Positions 1 through 12,118 of a stretch of 64,000 nucleotides of DNA are shown here, piece by piece. The number at the start of each line of letters is the position of its first letter. Within the stretch, counting starts at the first letter, position 1. The position numbers and the translations under genes were made by a program. The DNA is from Azolla caroliniana. Taxonomy: Eukaryota > Plantae > Polypodiophyta. The notes below the pieces were generated by a model, which was given only the letters and a program-made list of their open reading frames with translations, was not told the origin of the DNA and did not search any database. The stretch is from the NCBI GenBank assembly GCA_043228905.1, contig JBHGNT010000008.1, positions 17,732,001-17,796,000 on the forward strand, read 5' to 3'.

Positions 1-350
1 CCTAAACATTCCAGATCCCTTTTAGTGCATGATATGAGACTAGACTTCCTCCAATTAATATGTAATCCGAAAACCAATGCAAATTGGTTCCATACAAGCA
101 TCTTCTTCTCAAGATTGTCTCGTGAAGCTTGTAGAAACATGAAAGAATCATCGGCCAAAGCTTGTGCTTAATTTAATAGTTGCCCTCTAGATGGAAGGTG
201 TTGACCCATGATGTTACCATTTGTTGCAAGCCTTGATAGCATCACTAACAACGGATGAGTAGCAATAGCAAACAACAATGGGCTAAGTGGGCATCCTTGA
301 TAAATAGATATTGTCAAGGCAATATTTGATGTAACTCCCCCATTAAGCAT
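1..350 (-). mobile_element. Non-LTR (LINE) reverse transcriptase fragment, degenerate
   Basis: ORF 168..350 contains QGCPLSPLLFAIA, the LINE RT motif. Downstream on the minus strand is an ALADD-like version of the YADD motif. Stops are present. Confidence 0.8.
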
Positions 351-831
351 TACTCCTCTCTCTCTCTCTTAAAATACATTAGTGTATCTCTCTCTATCAA
401 TTGAAAAATATATAAATGACTTAACCAACATAACCAATTTGAGGCAATTAATTAGGGCTCAAAACAAACCAAACCGAGCTCACATTAGTTAAGAAAACTC
501 AAGCCCAAACCAAACTAAACTAAACCGCCAAACCTGTTAACAACATTTCAATGGTTTGGTTCAAGCTTGAGATAAACTATTGTCGACTCCAAGCATGGAT
601 CTTGGAGGGCATGAATTTGCTCAAGCAATGGAGGATATTGGTGCATGTGAAACACTACTAAATTGTATTGATTGTGATAGTAATAGATTACACTTGACAA
701 CATATTATGCTAGTAATGTTACTTGAGATGAAATCATTAACATAAATTGGATGATCATAATTTTGGAAATCCATATTCAAAGTTATTAGCATCTATTTTA
801 ACCAATTATTCCTTTGAAACAACCACATGCC

Positions 832-1432
832 CATAGATTGACACATGCATGATATTCGTGATATTTTCCATGCGTGATACGCAATATTCGAGATAAGAAA
901 AGTCCCCGAGGATATTTTAAAACCATTTGTTTTGCAAAATAAATAAAGAAGGAAAGAATTAAGTCACAAAAGAAAAGAACAATCACTCATTAATGGATTA
1001 TAAAAATATGATTAGTGTGTAGTCTCCTTTTGATTGTCAAATAAAAAAGCGGGGAGTTTATGGACTTTATTTTATTTTATTGATTTATTATTATTTTTAA
1101 AACGAATATTTTTACATCTATTATAGAAATATGATTAGTGTCAAGTCCCCTTTTTAATATGAGATAAAAATATCCACAAAATTTGGGAGAGTAAAAAGTG
1201 GGGAATTGATGAACCTTTATTTTTATTTTTCTATAAAAAATAAAATGAATACTTTTTTAGATCTATTATAAAACTATTATTAGTGTCACGTTCCCTTTTT
1301 ATTGTGAAGTAAAAATATCCCCTTTTTAGTTTTAGGAGGGAGTTTATGAGCTCTTTTTTATTTTATTTTTAAGTAATACTTTTTTATGCATTCGTGGTAG
1401 AGGCCCCACGAATGCGAATATGTCAATCTATG
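832..1432. mobile_element. Non-autonomous hAT-type TIR element (MITE)
   Basis: TIRs CATAGATTGACA (832) and TGTCAATCTATG (ends 1432). 8-bp TSD CACATGCC at 824-831; the right copy is split by the next MITE. AT-rich interior. Confidence 0.75.
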
Positions 1433-1439
1433 CACATGC

Positions 1440-1843
1440 TAGCAATGGGCGCAGTTCGGTTCGATTTCTTGGCCTTGAAACCAAACCATTTATTTATATT
1501 AAAAACCAAACCAAACTGTTTAAATTTTATGAAGCCATTTAAACTGAACCGTTTAGAGCTGAACTGTTTAAATGAAACCGTTTATGAAAAATTTAGAACC
1601 AAACCAAATCGGTTTATCATAAATCAAAACCAAACCAAACCAAACTTATAAACTAATAAACCTATAAACCTTTAAACCAAACCACATAAGCCGAAACCGC
1701 TAAACGATAAGTCACTAAACCGCTAAACCATGAAATTCAAAACCAAACCGAACCGAAACCAAACCGGATCATAATATTTGAAACCAAACCAAATGGCTTA
1801 TTTATCTTTGAACCAATAAGCCGTTAAACCGTGCCTATTGCTA
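1440..1843. mobile_element. hAT-type MITE with AAACC(G/A) subterminal repeats
   Basis: TIRs TAGCAATGGGCGCAGTT and AACCGTGCCTATTGCTA. 8-bp TSD GCACATGC (1432-1439) and GCAAATGC (1844-1851). Many AAACCAAACC/AAACCG motifs inside. Confidence 0.8.
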
Positions 1844-2100
1844 GCAAATGCCTATGGAAGTGAGCTAGTTCTCAAGCTCATTGCAAATACAATTCATCTA
1901 CTTTAATCATATTAACTACTTATTTCTACATATGTATCTAATAGCTTTTGTTAAATCTAAACTAGACATGTGCTCATAACTTTGAATTTGGACTCCCAAA
2001 TTATGTTTACCCAATTTGCATTAATGAGTTCATATCAAGTAAAATTACCAGCATAATATGTTGTGAAGAGTGATCCATTCCCATTACAATCTGTACAATT

Positions 2101-2200
2101 NNNNNNNNNNNNNNNNNNNNNNNNNNNNNNNNNNNNNNNNNNNNNNNNNNNNNNNNNNNNNNNNNNNNNNNNNNNNNNNNNNNNNNNNNNNNNNNNNNNN
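2101..2200. other. Assembly gap (100 N)
   Basis: Run of 100 n characters. Confidence 1.
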
Positions 2201-2399
2201 TAGAGTTGGTTGAAGACTAGTGTAAAGATGTTTTCACATGACACAAAGAAATGATGGAACCAATTTCTATCAAAATAAGATCATCTAAAGAAGGAAACAA
2301 TATTTTCCTTACAAAGATGATACATATTTGATGAATTTAAACTATAGTGGAAAGGTACATGAGGAAAGTGACAAGTTACTCCATGCACCATTCATCACC

Positions 2400-3230
2400 C
2401 CAATGAAACAAGCAACTTGGTTATGTTTCATATGTTGGTGACAAAAAAAAGCAAGCTACAATTAAGCATGGGCCACTAGGAATTAAATACTACAAGAATG
2501 TTTGACATGTTTCAACCATCATTTAGGGACATTATTTTGGATACGATGATATGCCATGGAACCGACAACATTCTTCATGACTTTAGCAACTATTGTCAAA
2601 ATCACATGGCATTGCAAGACTATGAAAGTAAAACACTTGTCTAGGAATTGGAAGTTTTCGTGGTCATGGTTATATTATTCAAATAGATAACAAAACCCAA
2701 AGTGTTCAATAAATTTTGTTGTGTTCAAAGAAAAATCTAAATCATAGGACATTATCTCTCGATAAAGTTCAAGAAGTAAAAAATCTCTCAAAATGTGGAA
2801 TTGTTGTATCATTAACAAACAATGAATCGGGAAGATAAAAATAGAACATAAAGCATTGTCATACTTGGTAACCAAAATTGCACTTATGGGAAAACTAGCA
2901 GGATGGATGTTGATACTTTAGGAGTTTGAAGTTTATAATATTCCATGTGCCTACAACCCTTCATGTGAAAGTTGGAGTCTGAGATGACTTTCATGGACCA
3001 ATTGAGAGATGAGAGGAAGCAAATGCTTTATCAAATAGATAATGACATGAGTAGTTGCAAAGTTCCTCGACAAGTAACCTATATGAGTAAATTATGTGTG
3101 GAGTTCCATATGTGAGTTAGAATTAGAAATGACCAAAGAGAGGATGTTATAAACCATATAACAAGGACCCAACTCAAATTTTCATGGTCATGCATAAGAA
3201 GGGTAGCGTGATCTAGAAGAGTTGTCCCAC
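2400..3230 (+). mobile_element. Highly degraded Ty3/Gypsy pol relic
   Basis: About 2887-2930 reads MGKLAGWMLIL*EFE, resembling the Gypsy RNase H motif GRLARWxLxLQEFD. No long ORF; boundaries are approximate. Confidence 0.45.
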
Positions 3231-3243
3231 CAACATATCGAGC

Positions 3244-3429
3244 AGGAATTGGCAATGGTTCAGCTTCGGCTTAACCAGTTTGCCCTTGTCCAATCTAAAT
3301 TGGTTAAACCTTAACTAGTTTAGGAGTTTTCAAACCTGAACCGATCCCTAAACCAATTTGGCAAGGCTCAAGCTAAACCGGTTCACAAATCTCAAGTGTG
3401 AATTGAACCAAGCAGTTGCGGACTCCTAA
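3244..3429. mobile_element. Degenerate AAACC-rich MITE (a related copy lies at ~453-592)
   Basis: Imperfect TIRs CAGGAATTGGCAA / TTGCGGACTCCTA, with GGTT/AACC-rich interior like the 1440 element. Confidence 0.45.
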
Positions 3430-4209
3430 TATTGAGGTGTTATCTCGGGGATTATTAAGGGCCATTCGTGTAGTGGATGCATGTCCGCTTATCACATTGT
3501 AAGGACAATGTCCACTTATCACATTGCATTAGGACATGTGTCCATCTCATAGGATATGGAAGAGTTAAGAGTTTGGGTAAGATGTAAGGGGACAAGTGTG
3601 CAATCTCCTATTCAAGATAGAGGAAACCATGCATCTATATGTAATTTGATATTTAGAAGAATCATTATACATTCTTGAGGCAAATTTTTAGCAACAGGAC
3701 TGATGATTAATATTGTGATTAACTCAAAATCTATCATAATTTAAGAGAATCCTCAAGGATCACATAAGGATCCTCCTCCTAGCAGGAAAGAAAGGTTCTA
3801 GGGCATATCATCAATGTTTATAATGATAACCATGCCTCCTCTGTAGATCATTGAAAATTGACACCCCTTCCAAAAGCCTCCCAGTTGATAAGAAATGATT
3901 AAAAATCAGCATAAGCAAAGTTGAAGAGCAAGGGAGATGATGCAACAATATGTTGTATGTTGGTTCATCCTTAACTACTAGTTAAGAGACTACAAATCAA
4001 TGCTGTAAAAACAGGGAGGAACGCATCTACATTGAGTGCTTCACCTCTTATAGCAGAAATTAGTACCTGATTCTTAGAAAAGTTCTTGGAAGAAGAAGAA
4101 GAAGTGATGGATATACCATTTTCTTCTTCTTCTTCTTCTCGGGTCAACCACATGATGTTTTCTATAAGCCCTCTGCTTTATTCCTTCACAGGAAGTTTGT
4201 TTGCATTGA

Positions 4210-4352
4210 TCATTACCACACTAATCCTTCAAACTAATAAAATCATCACACTAATCCTTCAAATTAATTACATCACATTACACTAATCCTTCAAATTAAT
4301 TACATCACATCACACTAATCATATCATTGCAGTAATCCGTCAAATTAATTAC
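4210..4352. repeat. Minisatellite, ~27-32 bp unit (CATCACACTAATCCTTCAAATTAATTA), about 4-5 copies
   Basis: Direct tandem repetition visible in the sequence. Confidence 0.8.
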
Positions 4353-5599
4353 CTCTCCTGCTGTGTAAATCACCCCCATAAGTAAGGACACATGTAGATA
4401 AGTTTTTAATAAAAGAATTATGGCAGGAAAATCAAATGGCAAGGATGGATGTAGTGAAAGCTTGTTATACTAACTACCAATTACATACTAATTACATTTG
4501 AAATGGGTTAATATTATCTTAAAATGGGAGGATTAGTTTAATTTTAGTGGATTAATCTAGAGAATGTATTTAATTATGATTAGCATTAGACTTGTATACA
4601 TATTGTGAGTGGATGTCCACACTAACAAAGACCTTGTCAAAAGGTTTATGTTATGTTTTTTGTGAGAGGATGAGTAAAAATAGAAGTCAAGTTGCCTTTT
4701 TTAATTAAAGTCTAAAGGACCTCATTCCATGTGCCTTTATGGAGAGAGAGCGAGAGAGAGCGAGAGAGAGAGAGAGAGTATACATGGCTTGTGGCCATGG
4801 GTGAAGACAAAGGTGAACATAGAGGTTTCTTATCGACGTATCACAACGGACAAAATACAATGGACTTGGACGGAGTCTACGATAATGTGAATGTGACATG
4901 TGGGATATGGACACAACCCATCATGCATATGAAACCTATCCTCATTCAAATTATTTAATTGAATTATGATATCTAAGACGAAGTAGTCCACATGACACCA
5001 AATATGATTTAAGAGACATGTTTATAGCCCCATGGTGTATATGAAAGTTTTGATACTATGGTGATGTCGATGATGCCTAGTGTTGTCGGCAATAATGTTG
5101 TATTCTATAGGAGTCGTTGAAAGCTTATACATCCTATAAGGAGTGCATCGAAGTCATGCATGATGTCCTCAATTGCATTAGAAAGAGTTAGAGTTGATCA
5201 CTGCATGAGAAGATAAGGTAACACTTCATGTTATCATCTTTATATAATCCATGGACGTATTTGGTTATCAAGTTTGATCTACATTTAACTAAGGCACAAA
5301 AGCCGTTGTTGCAATTTCATTTGTGAAATAGTAAGAAATAATACAACCTATATTTTAGAGAAGTTAAGGTCATATGCAATGGCTGCATGTATATTGTAAA
5401 TGATCATGCAACTAAACATATGCATATTTTGAGATATAATAAGCATAGATAAAAAAGTTTCAATGTGGTATTTTACCGTGACTACAATTTTTTCTTTTAC
5501 TTTTCGGGTTTCCCAGCTAATCTCTAGCTTTTGCAGTTGCCAGCATGCATGCCCAATTGTATGCTTTGCAATAAAGACATTATTGTCGGTGAGGATCAT

Positions 5600-8500
5600 G
5601 GAGTTAGATGATCCAATCACAAACCAATATTAACAAGAACAAACTGTGTGTTCCCAATGAGTATGGGCCATCGTCATTTAATACCTCATCCAACTTGGCC
5701 ATTTTGTAAGTTTAGGGACATGTGTAATAGTTGGTGTATTTTCCCATTGTTTCTTCTTCCGTTAATGATATAATATAAAGGATGCATTTTATGATCATCC
5801 TATTGTGACCAAACCTTGTTATCTAACTATCAATGTGCCTTCCTAGCACCTTTCACCGAAAGATCAACATGGCCCACTAAATTTGTCAATAGGGGACAAT
5901 CATTATGCTACCTTCAACACATTCAAAAGGCCACTCCACTTTTTACTAAATTAAGTTAATATTATCAAGCAATTATTGAGAGAATTTAAGTTGGTAGTTA
6001 AGTTTCACTTTGGACTTCATATTTTTATGCAAATGCTAGAATTTCATCATGGAACACAATCAAACCCATACGTTGCCAATTCTCTAACAAAAATTTAGGT
6101 TTCTTCAACATCTAAGAACATGTGTGTATGCATCTATTTTTCAAAATAGGAGAAGGTTGGAATTCCCATTGCTATCTTAAATCCCTGATTTTGTTGGAAT
6201 GTAAAAGAGCATCATATTCACCAACTTAAGTAGGCTCAATCCCAAAATTTGAAATTTGTAGTCACAATTGGAGATACATAATGATCATGGTCATTTTTGC
6301 AACCATATTCTAGTCACAATTTACCAAAATATAAGTAGAGAAAATATACCTTTTGACCAAAATGAGCTCCACAAGTAGATATGCCAAATCAGTTGATTCA
6401 CTATTTCTTTTCACATATACAATTGTTTTATCGACTTTCATTCTCTCTCACTTTGTGCATGCAACTTATGATTTCAGGCAAGCTTGTTTGTTGTATTTAT
6501 TTTGATTTTGATTATCAAATACATGTTTTTGTTTTTAAGATTGGATTAAGAGGCATTTATCTAACTACTAGGTGCAAACAAAATTTAGCTTTGCAACCTC
6601 AATCGTATCTCATGCCTAGAAGCTCTCGAACTCATAAGCTAGATGCTTTCCAGACTAAGCTTAAGGTAGAAATCAAACAAATACACAATAACTTGCATAT
6701 ATGAAGGTAATCATTCCAAAAGTAACATGAAGCACTAATCAAATAGGAAAAAAGAGATGGGTAAAAGAGAAATTGAAAGAAGATCAAAGAAATGTTACCA
6801 AAGCAATGATGTAATGAAGTTTGACCATATTCCATAAAGAGAAAGAAAAATCTAATAGCTAAATCCCGATTCCCACCAAGATTTAGGCAAGGAATTTATG
6901 ATATGGCACAAATTTTCCAGGCATATTCCTCTCCTAAATTCTCATGCATGCTATATGTCTATATGCATCCTAGTTTGATATGCAACTCACCATATGCAGT
7001 TTATCAACATAAATTACTTCATGCAATGAGAATCCTGCCATAAAGCATTATGATAAATAACTACAATAATTAGAAATTCAGTAAGGCTATTACATTTAGT
7101 TTGGTCAACACATAAACATATTACAATGCTCAATATTTGACCTAAAGAGTGTACACTATATATGTTAAAACTCTGAAATGCTGAATTACTCATTAAAATG
7201 ATCAGTTTTGTGATTTGAAATGGAAGCGGAAAACATATGTAACCTCTTTAATTGATAGCCAAGGTGATGGATAGCATTCCGAATGCTGCAAATATTTCCA
7301 GCTCCATAATGACTGTTAACAGTCGATCATGACTGTTAATTAAAGAAGCAGGATTGTATAGGATTAGTGACCATTTTGAAGGCTTTCTTCATAATGCACA
7401 AAATTATGAACAATGATTTCATCTCAAGAAACACTGCTAGCATAACTTGTTTCAAAGAGCGATTCATTCCCATCACGATCGATACAATTTCTAATGGAAA
7501 AGCTGAGTCCATAACATTTCTATATCTGAAAATGTATATGCATTTGGACAAAAGTGCAAGTTATGTCCCAAATCACTCCTATTGACTGGGGACTTACATG
7601 GCCAACATATCTATGAGAATCAATGGTGTGATTGATAGATCGTGACCATTCCTTAATGAAGACGGATCATATTAGGATCACTTAGCATGTGACCATTTCG
7701 ACAGATTTCCAAAATTACAATCACCCTATTTGTGTAAATGATTTCATCTCAAGTAACACTACTAACATAATCTGTTGTGAAGAGTAAATCATCCTCATCA
7801 CGATAAATTTGAATGATAAGTGTTCCACATTTCAAATGTCTGGAGTACAAGGAGAATGATTCCTTCATAATGAGACCCTTTGTAATGAGAGCATATCGAA
7901 TTAGTAGGCTCATCTTCCCACAACATGTCTTCTTATAACAATTATCCTGATTTCAACAATGTTGTTTAGTTAAGAACAACTTGATATGAGCAAGGTTGGC
8001 ATGAGGCCCACAGTTACATATATCATTATATCTTGACACAACATACCACATCTACAAGTTCTTTGACGAATCTCTCCTATCGAATTGGGACTTATACGTC
8101 CACCATAATTCTCTATTTGACAGACAAATCAACATTTCGCACCCTTTACTCCAAGAAACAATTGAGGTTGTAAGAGCTAAATCCCACCAAGATCTAGGCA
8201 AGAAACTCATGATATGGCATGATTTTTCAACCCATATTGATCTCCATTTAATTTGTCCACATGCATGTCAAGAATGTGATACCATCAAAATTGTAGCACG
8301 ACGCAACACACGTTATTTGCCTAACTAAATTACATATTTCCATGAAAATCCTACCATGAAACATTATGAAAGAGAAAACCAACAAAATAAATTGATTAGA
8401 AAGTTGAATGTTTTACCAATAAAAAAAGATACAAAGCTCAATCATACTTTCATAGATATAACATGCATAACTTATTAAATTGTTCAACCATCATGAAAAG

Positions 8501-10300
8501 ACCATAAATGACACCTAAAACCTATATCATACACAACGAGTTCTTGGGTCATACATTTATCACAACACTTGTTTTCTATCACCGTATTAACAAACGTTTC
8601 ATTTACCTTACGTCACTTTGAAGAGGGAAGGAATTACTATATATCGTCTATTTACAAATATGTCTTATGAGATTACATGATCTATATATATGGCAAGTTT
8701 TGAGACATCTTCCACATTTTCTCCATTGGAGAAATTGTAATGATTTTTTGGTCAACTAAACATGTTGGAGTACAAGGAAATGATTCCTTTCATAATGAGA
8801 CCCTTTGTAATTATGAGCAACTTGATATGAGAAAGGTTGGCATGAGGCCCACAGTTATCTATACCATTATATCTTGACAAAACATACCACATCTACAAGT
8901 TCTTTGACGAATCTCTCCTATCAAATTGGGACTTATACATCCACCATAATTCACTATTTGAGAGACAAATCAACATTTCGCACCCATTACTCCAAGAAAC
9001 AATTCATATCCAAACCCTGTTCCCTATTCCTTAAAGAAATCAAAGGGGGCGGCTCTAAGAGCTAGATCCCACCAAGATCTAGGCAAGAAACTCATGATAT
9101 GGCACGATTTTTCAAGCCATATTGATCTCTATTTAATTTGTCCACATGCATGTCAAGAATGTGATAGCATCAAAATTGTATCACAACGGAACACATGTGG
9201 TTTGTCTAACTAAACTACATATTGCCATGAAAAAACCTACCATGAAACATTATGAAAGAGAAAACCAACAAAATAACTTGATTAGAAAGCTCAATGTTTT
9301 ACCAATAAAGAAAAAGATTACAAAGCTCATTCATACTTTCATAGATATAACATGCATTGCTTATTAAATTGTTCAAGCATCATGAAAAGACCATAAATGA
9401 CACCTAAAACCTTTATCATAAACAACAAGTTCTTAGGTCATACATTTATCACAACACTTGTTTTCTATCACCATATTAACGAAAGTTTGATTTACCTTAC
9501 GATACTTTGAAGAGGGAAGAAATTACTATATATAGTCTATTTACAAATATTTCTTATGAGATCACATGATCCATATCTATGGCAAGTTTTGAGACATCTT
9601 CCACATTTGCTCCATTGGAGAAATTGTTCAAGCAAGTGCAGATACGCTTGGAAACAATGCCTCAATCAAGTCCAATGGTCACTCAACCCTTAACCCTACA
9701 AGAACAAACATAATTCCTATCTAAGTTTTGTTTTGTTAAATGAAAGAGGTTATGGGTTCAAATAACACGTGTTGCCATGGGTCATATTGGCCCCCATTGA
9801 CATTCATTACTATCATCATTAATTAGATACCCTATAATCCACACCTAACCATATGAATTAGTTTCGTCATTGGGCATTCTATATACAACTCTCGACTCCT
9901 TACCATAGATCTCTTTCCTCATGCATAAAGTTCTGAATTTTCCACATTCAATCTAGAGAAAAGCTTGGATAATGTTGACTTCAAACAGACACTAAAAGTC
10001 CACATTCATTCTAGAGAGAAGTTTGTATTATGTTTCTAGACTCTAGGGAACGTATAAATCCATCTTTCTTCTTCTCATATCAAAATCTACACCTTGAGAT
10101 AAACTCTCGATTCAACTATTGCAATAGATCAAATTTATGCCGGATATTTCATCTCTCTATAAATGCAGAATTATTCCAAGCTTTCTATAACATGTTGTTT
10201 GAACAATTACCTCCATTTTTCTGTGGATGGAACTGAACAACATGCATGTTGATCCTTCTTTACTGCAGCAATGAACTCACCACCATGGTTTGCAGCTGCA
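5600..10300 (-). mobile_element. Old, fragmented Gypsy-like relics
   Basis: Weak integrase-like (xDLVGP, ~5870-5895) and protease-like (~9770-9880) traces on the minus strand. No intact ORF; boundaries are approximate. Confidence 0.35.
7841..9627. repeat. Tandem duplication of ~0.9 kb (7841-8737 and 8766-9627), with a partial third copy at ~6855-7070
   Basis: Both units start TGGAGTACAAGGA..ATGAGACCCTTTGTAA and end GAGACATCTTCCACATTT..CCATTGGAGAAATTGT. They are collinear with small indels. Confidence 0.9.
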
Positions 10301-11290
10301 AGTTGCAAATCTCTATTAGCTAGAGATTGAAACTATTGAATGAAATAAAAAACACTACACAAATGCATGCAATAAGTGAATTTAAGATAAGAAAACTGAC
10401 TTTTAGACTGAGCTTAATGTTAATGCCTGATAAGAATGAACGAAATATACATGTTGTCCACATACTTGATTTAATAGTTTTGAGGGTCTCTTTGTGTTCC
10501 AACGAATATGGGGAGCTTTAATCATTTCAGATGATCCAAACTTTGTTATAACAATTCCATATATGAGGCCTAGCACTTCAACTGCAAAATTTCAGTAGAT
10601 ATATTTTCATTATTAGAAAATATATGTACACCGTTTGGACTATAACCAAAGCAATGTAAGTTTAATGTAGTTGAAAAACTTCATTACTTTGTTCCGGATG
10701 TTACCCTTGTAGCCCTCATCATCCAGCCAATCGGTCAGGTTCAACCGAACCTCTGGAACCTGTCGGACATATTTCAATAGCAACTTACACCCAGTTGACG
10801 TCGTCATCAACATGTCTCCTATGCCGACAATGTTGATAACGCGTGCGTTTTGCGGAAACATGTATGGATCTGTTGTCGGTTATGAACAATAAACAACGTA
10901 GACAGAAAAATAGAATAGGCGTAGACTTATACAATGCAAGCTCTAATGGAAAGGTTTATTTCTTCGTTCTCACTCTCTCTCTGAGATACAATACACAGAA
11001 CTAGAGAATCAGTTCTCTGTCTCTTCGTCTCTCTCTTCCACTCGTCACACTATACAATGTTAGGTATTCGCTTATATACTAAGCCCTAACTTATTGACGA
11101 GTTCACACTCGTACGGATACAATTTGGAAGGAATCAGCCTTTTATGCCAACAAATTCCCCCATAAAAGGACTACTCTTTCATACATATACAAATACTTGG
11201 GGTTATCTCCCCCGTAATCTTAAATTGAGTTTTATGCTACAAGTCTGTCGACATGAAGCCGAGTCGGCAGATGTATAGTATGAGTGTCGA

Positions 11291-12118
11291 TCAACTCTTA
11301 CCTACTGCTCTTTGTTCGGCTTTCTTCTGCTTGGTCGTTTGTCGTAGTCCCATCTTCGTCCTGAGTGTTCTGAAGCGTTGATCTGGGAGTGGCTTTGTTA
11401 GGCAATCAACGATATTCACCTCGATGTCGATCTTCTGGACTTGGAGTTTCTTCTCGGTCACGAGCTCCCGGATATGATGATACCGTACCTCAATGTGCTT
11501 CTTCTTCGCATGGTAGACGGGATTTTTGATGAGGTGTATTGCGCTCTGTGAGTCACAATAGATGCTCGGTGTTGGTCGGTCTATTCGGCTTGCAGTTCCG
11601 AAGTTGGCAGATAGCCGGTGCAACCATATCGCTTCCTTTGCTGCTATGTACTCAGCTTCTATTGTAGACAAAGTTGTGCACTCTTGAAATTTTGATCTCC
11701 ATGATATTGCACCGCCACCATAGGTGAATATGTAGCCTGATGTCGATTTCTGATTATTTGTATTTCCAGCATAGTTGGAATCGGTGTAGCCTTCGACTTC
11801 GACTGGGGTTGTTAGTCCGAAAGTCAGTTGTGCATCCGTGGTTCCTTTCAAATACCTAACGATGTGCTTGACGGCCTCCCAATGCTTCCTTCTTGGGTTA
11901 GACATGTATAGGCTGACCACCCCTACGACATAGGCTAGGTCGGGTCGGGTCGCCACCATTGCGTACATGATACTTCCTACAGACAATGAGTAGGGAATCT
12001 TTCCATTAAGCTCTCTCTCCTTGTCCGTTGAAGGAGAGTCTCTGCCCAATAGTCTGATCGACTTCGGAAGTGGTGTTGGTGCTGGCTTCGCATTCTCCAT
12101 GTTGAAGCGCTTCAGCAC
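11291..12118 (-). pseudogene. Copia A RT C-terminus / RNase H
   Basis: Motifs TRPDLAY, GYTDSNYAG, STSGYIF, YCDSQSAI and KHIEVRYH. Confidence 0.9.

Noticed and set aside
1389-1442. Hairpin GCATTCGTGG..CCACGAATGC followed by CTAG, resembling a Helitron 3' end
   Set aside because: The CTAG arises at a MITE junction, and the region is better explained by TIRs plus an 8-bp TSD.
3971-4286. Short Glu/Ser-rich ORFs with a splice-donor-like site
   Set aside because: Produced by GAA/TTC microsatellites; no downstream exons identified.
2201-10600. Many 60-110 aa ORFs in the AT-rich region
   Set aside because: No domain motifs or exon structure; consistent with chance ORFs in decayed repeats.
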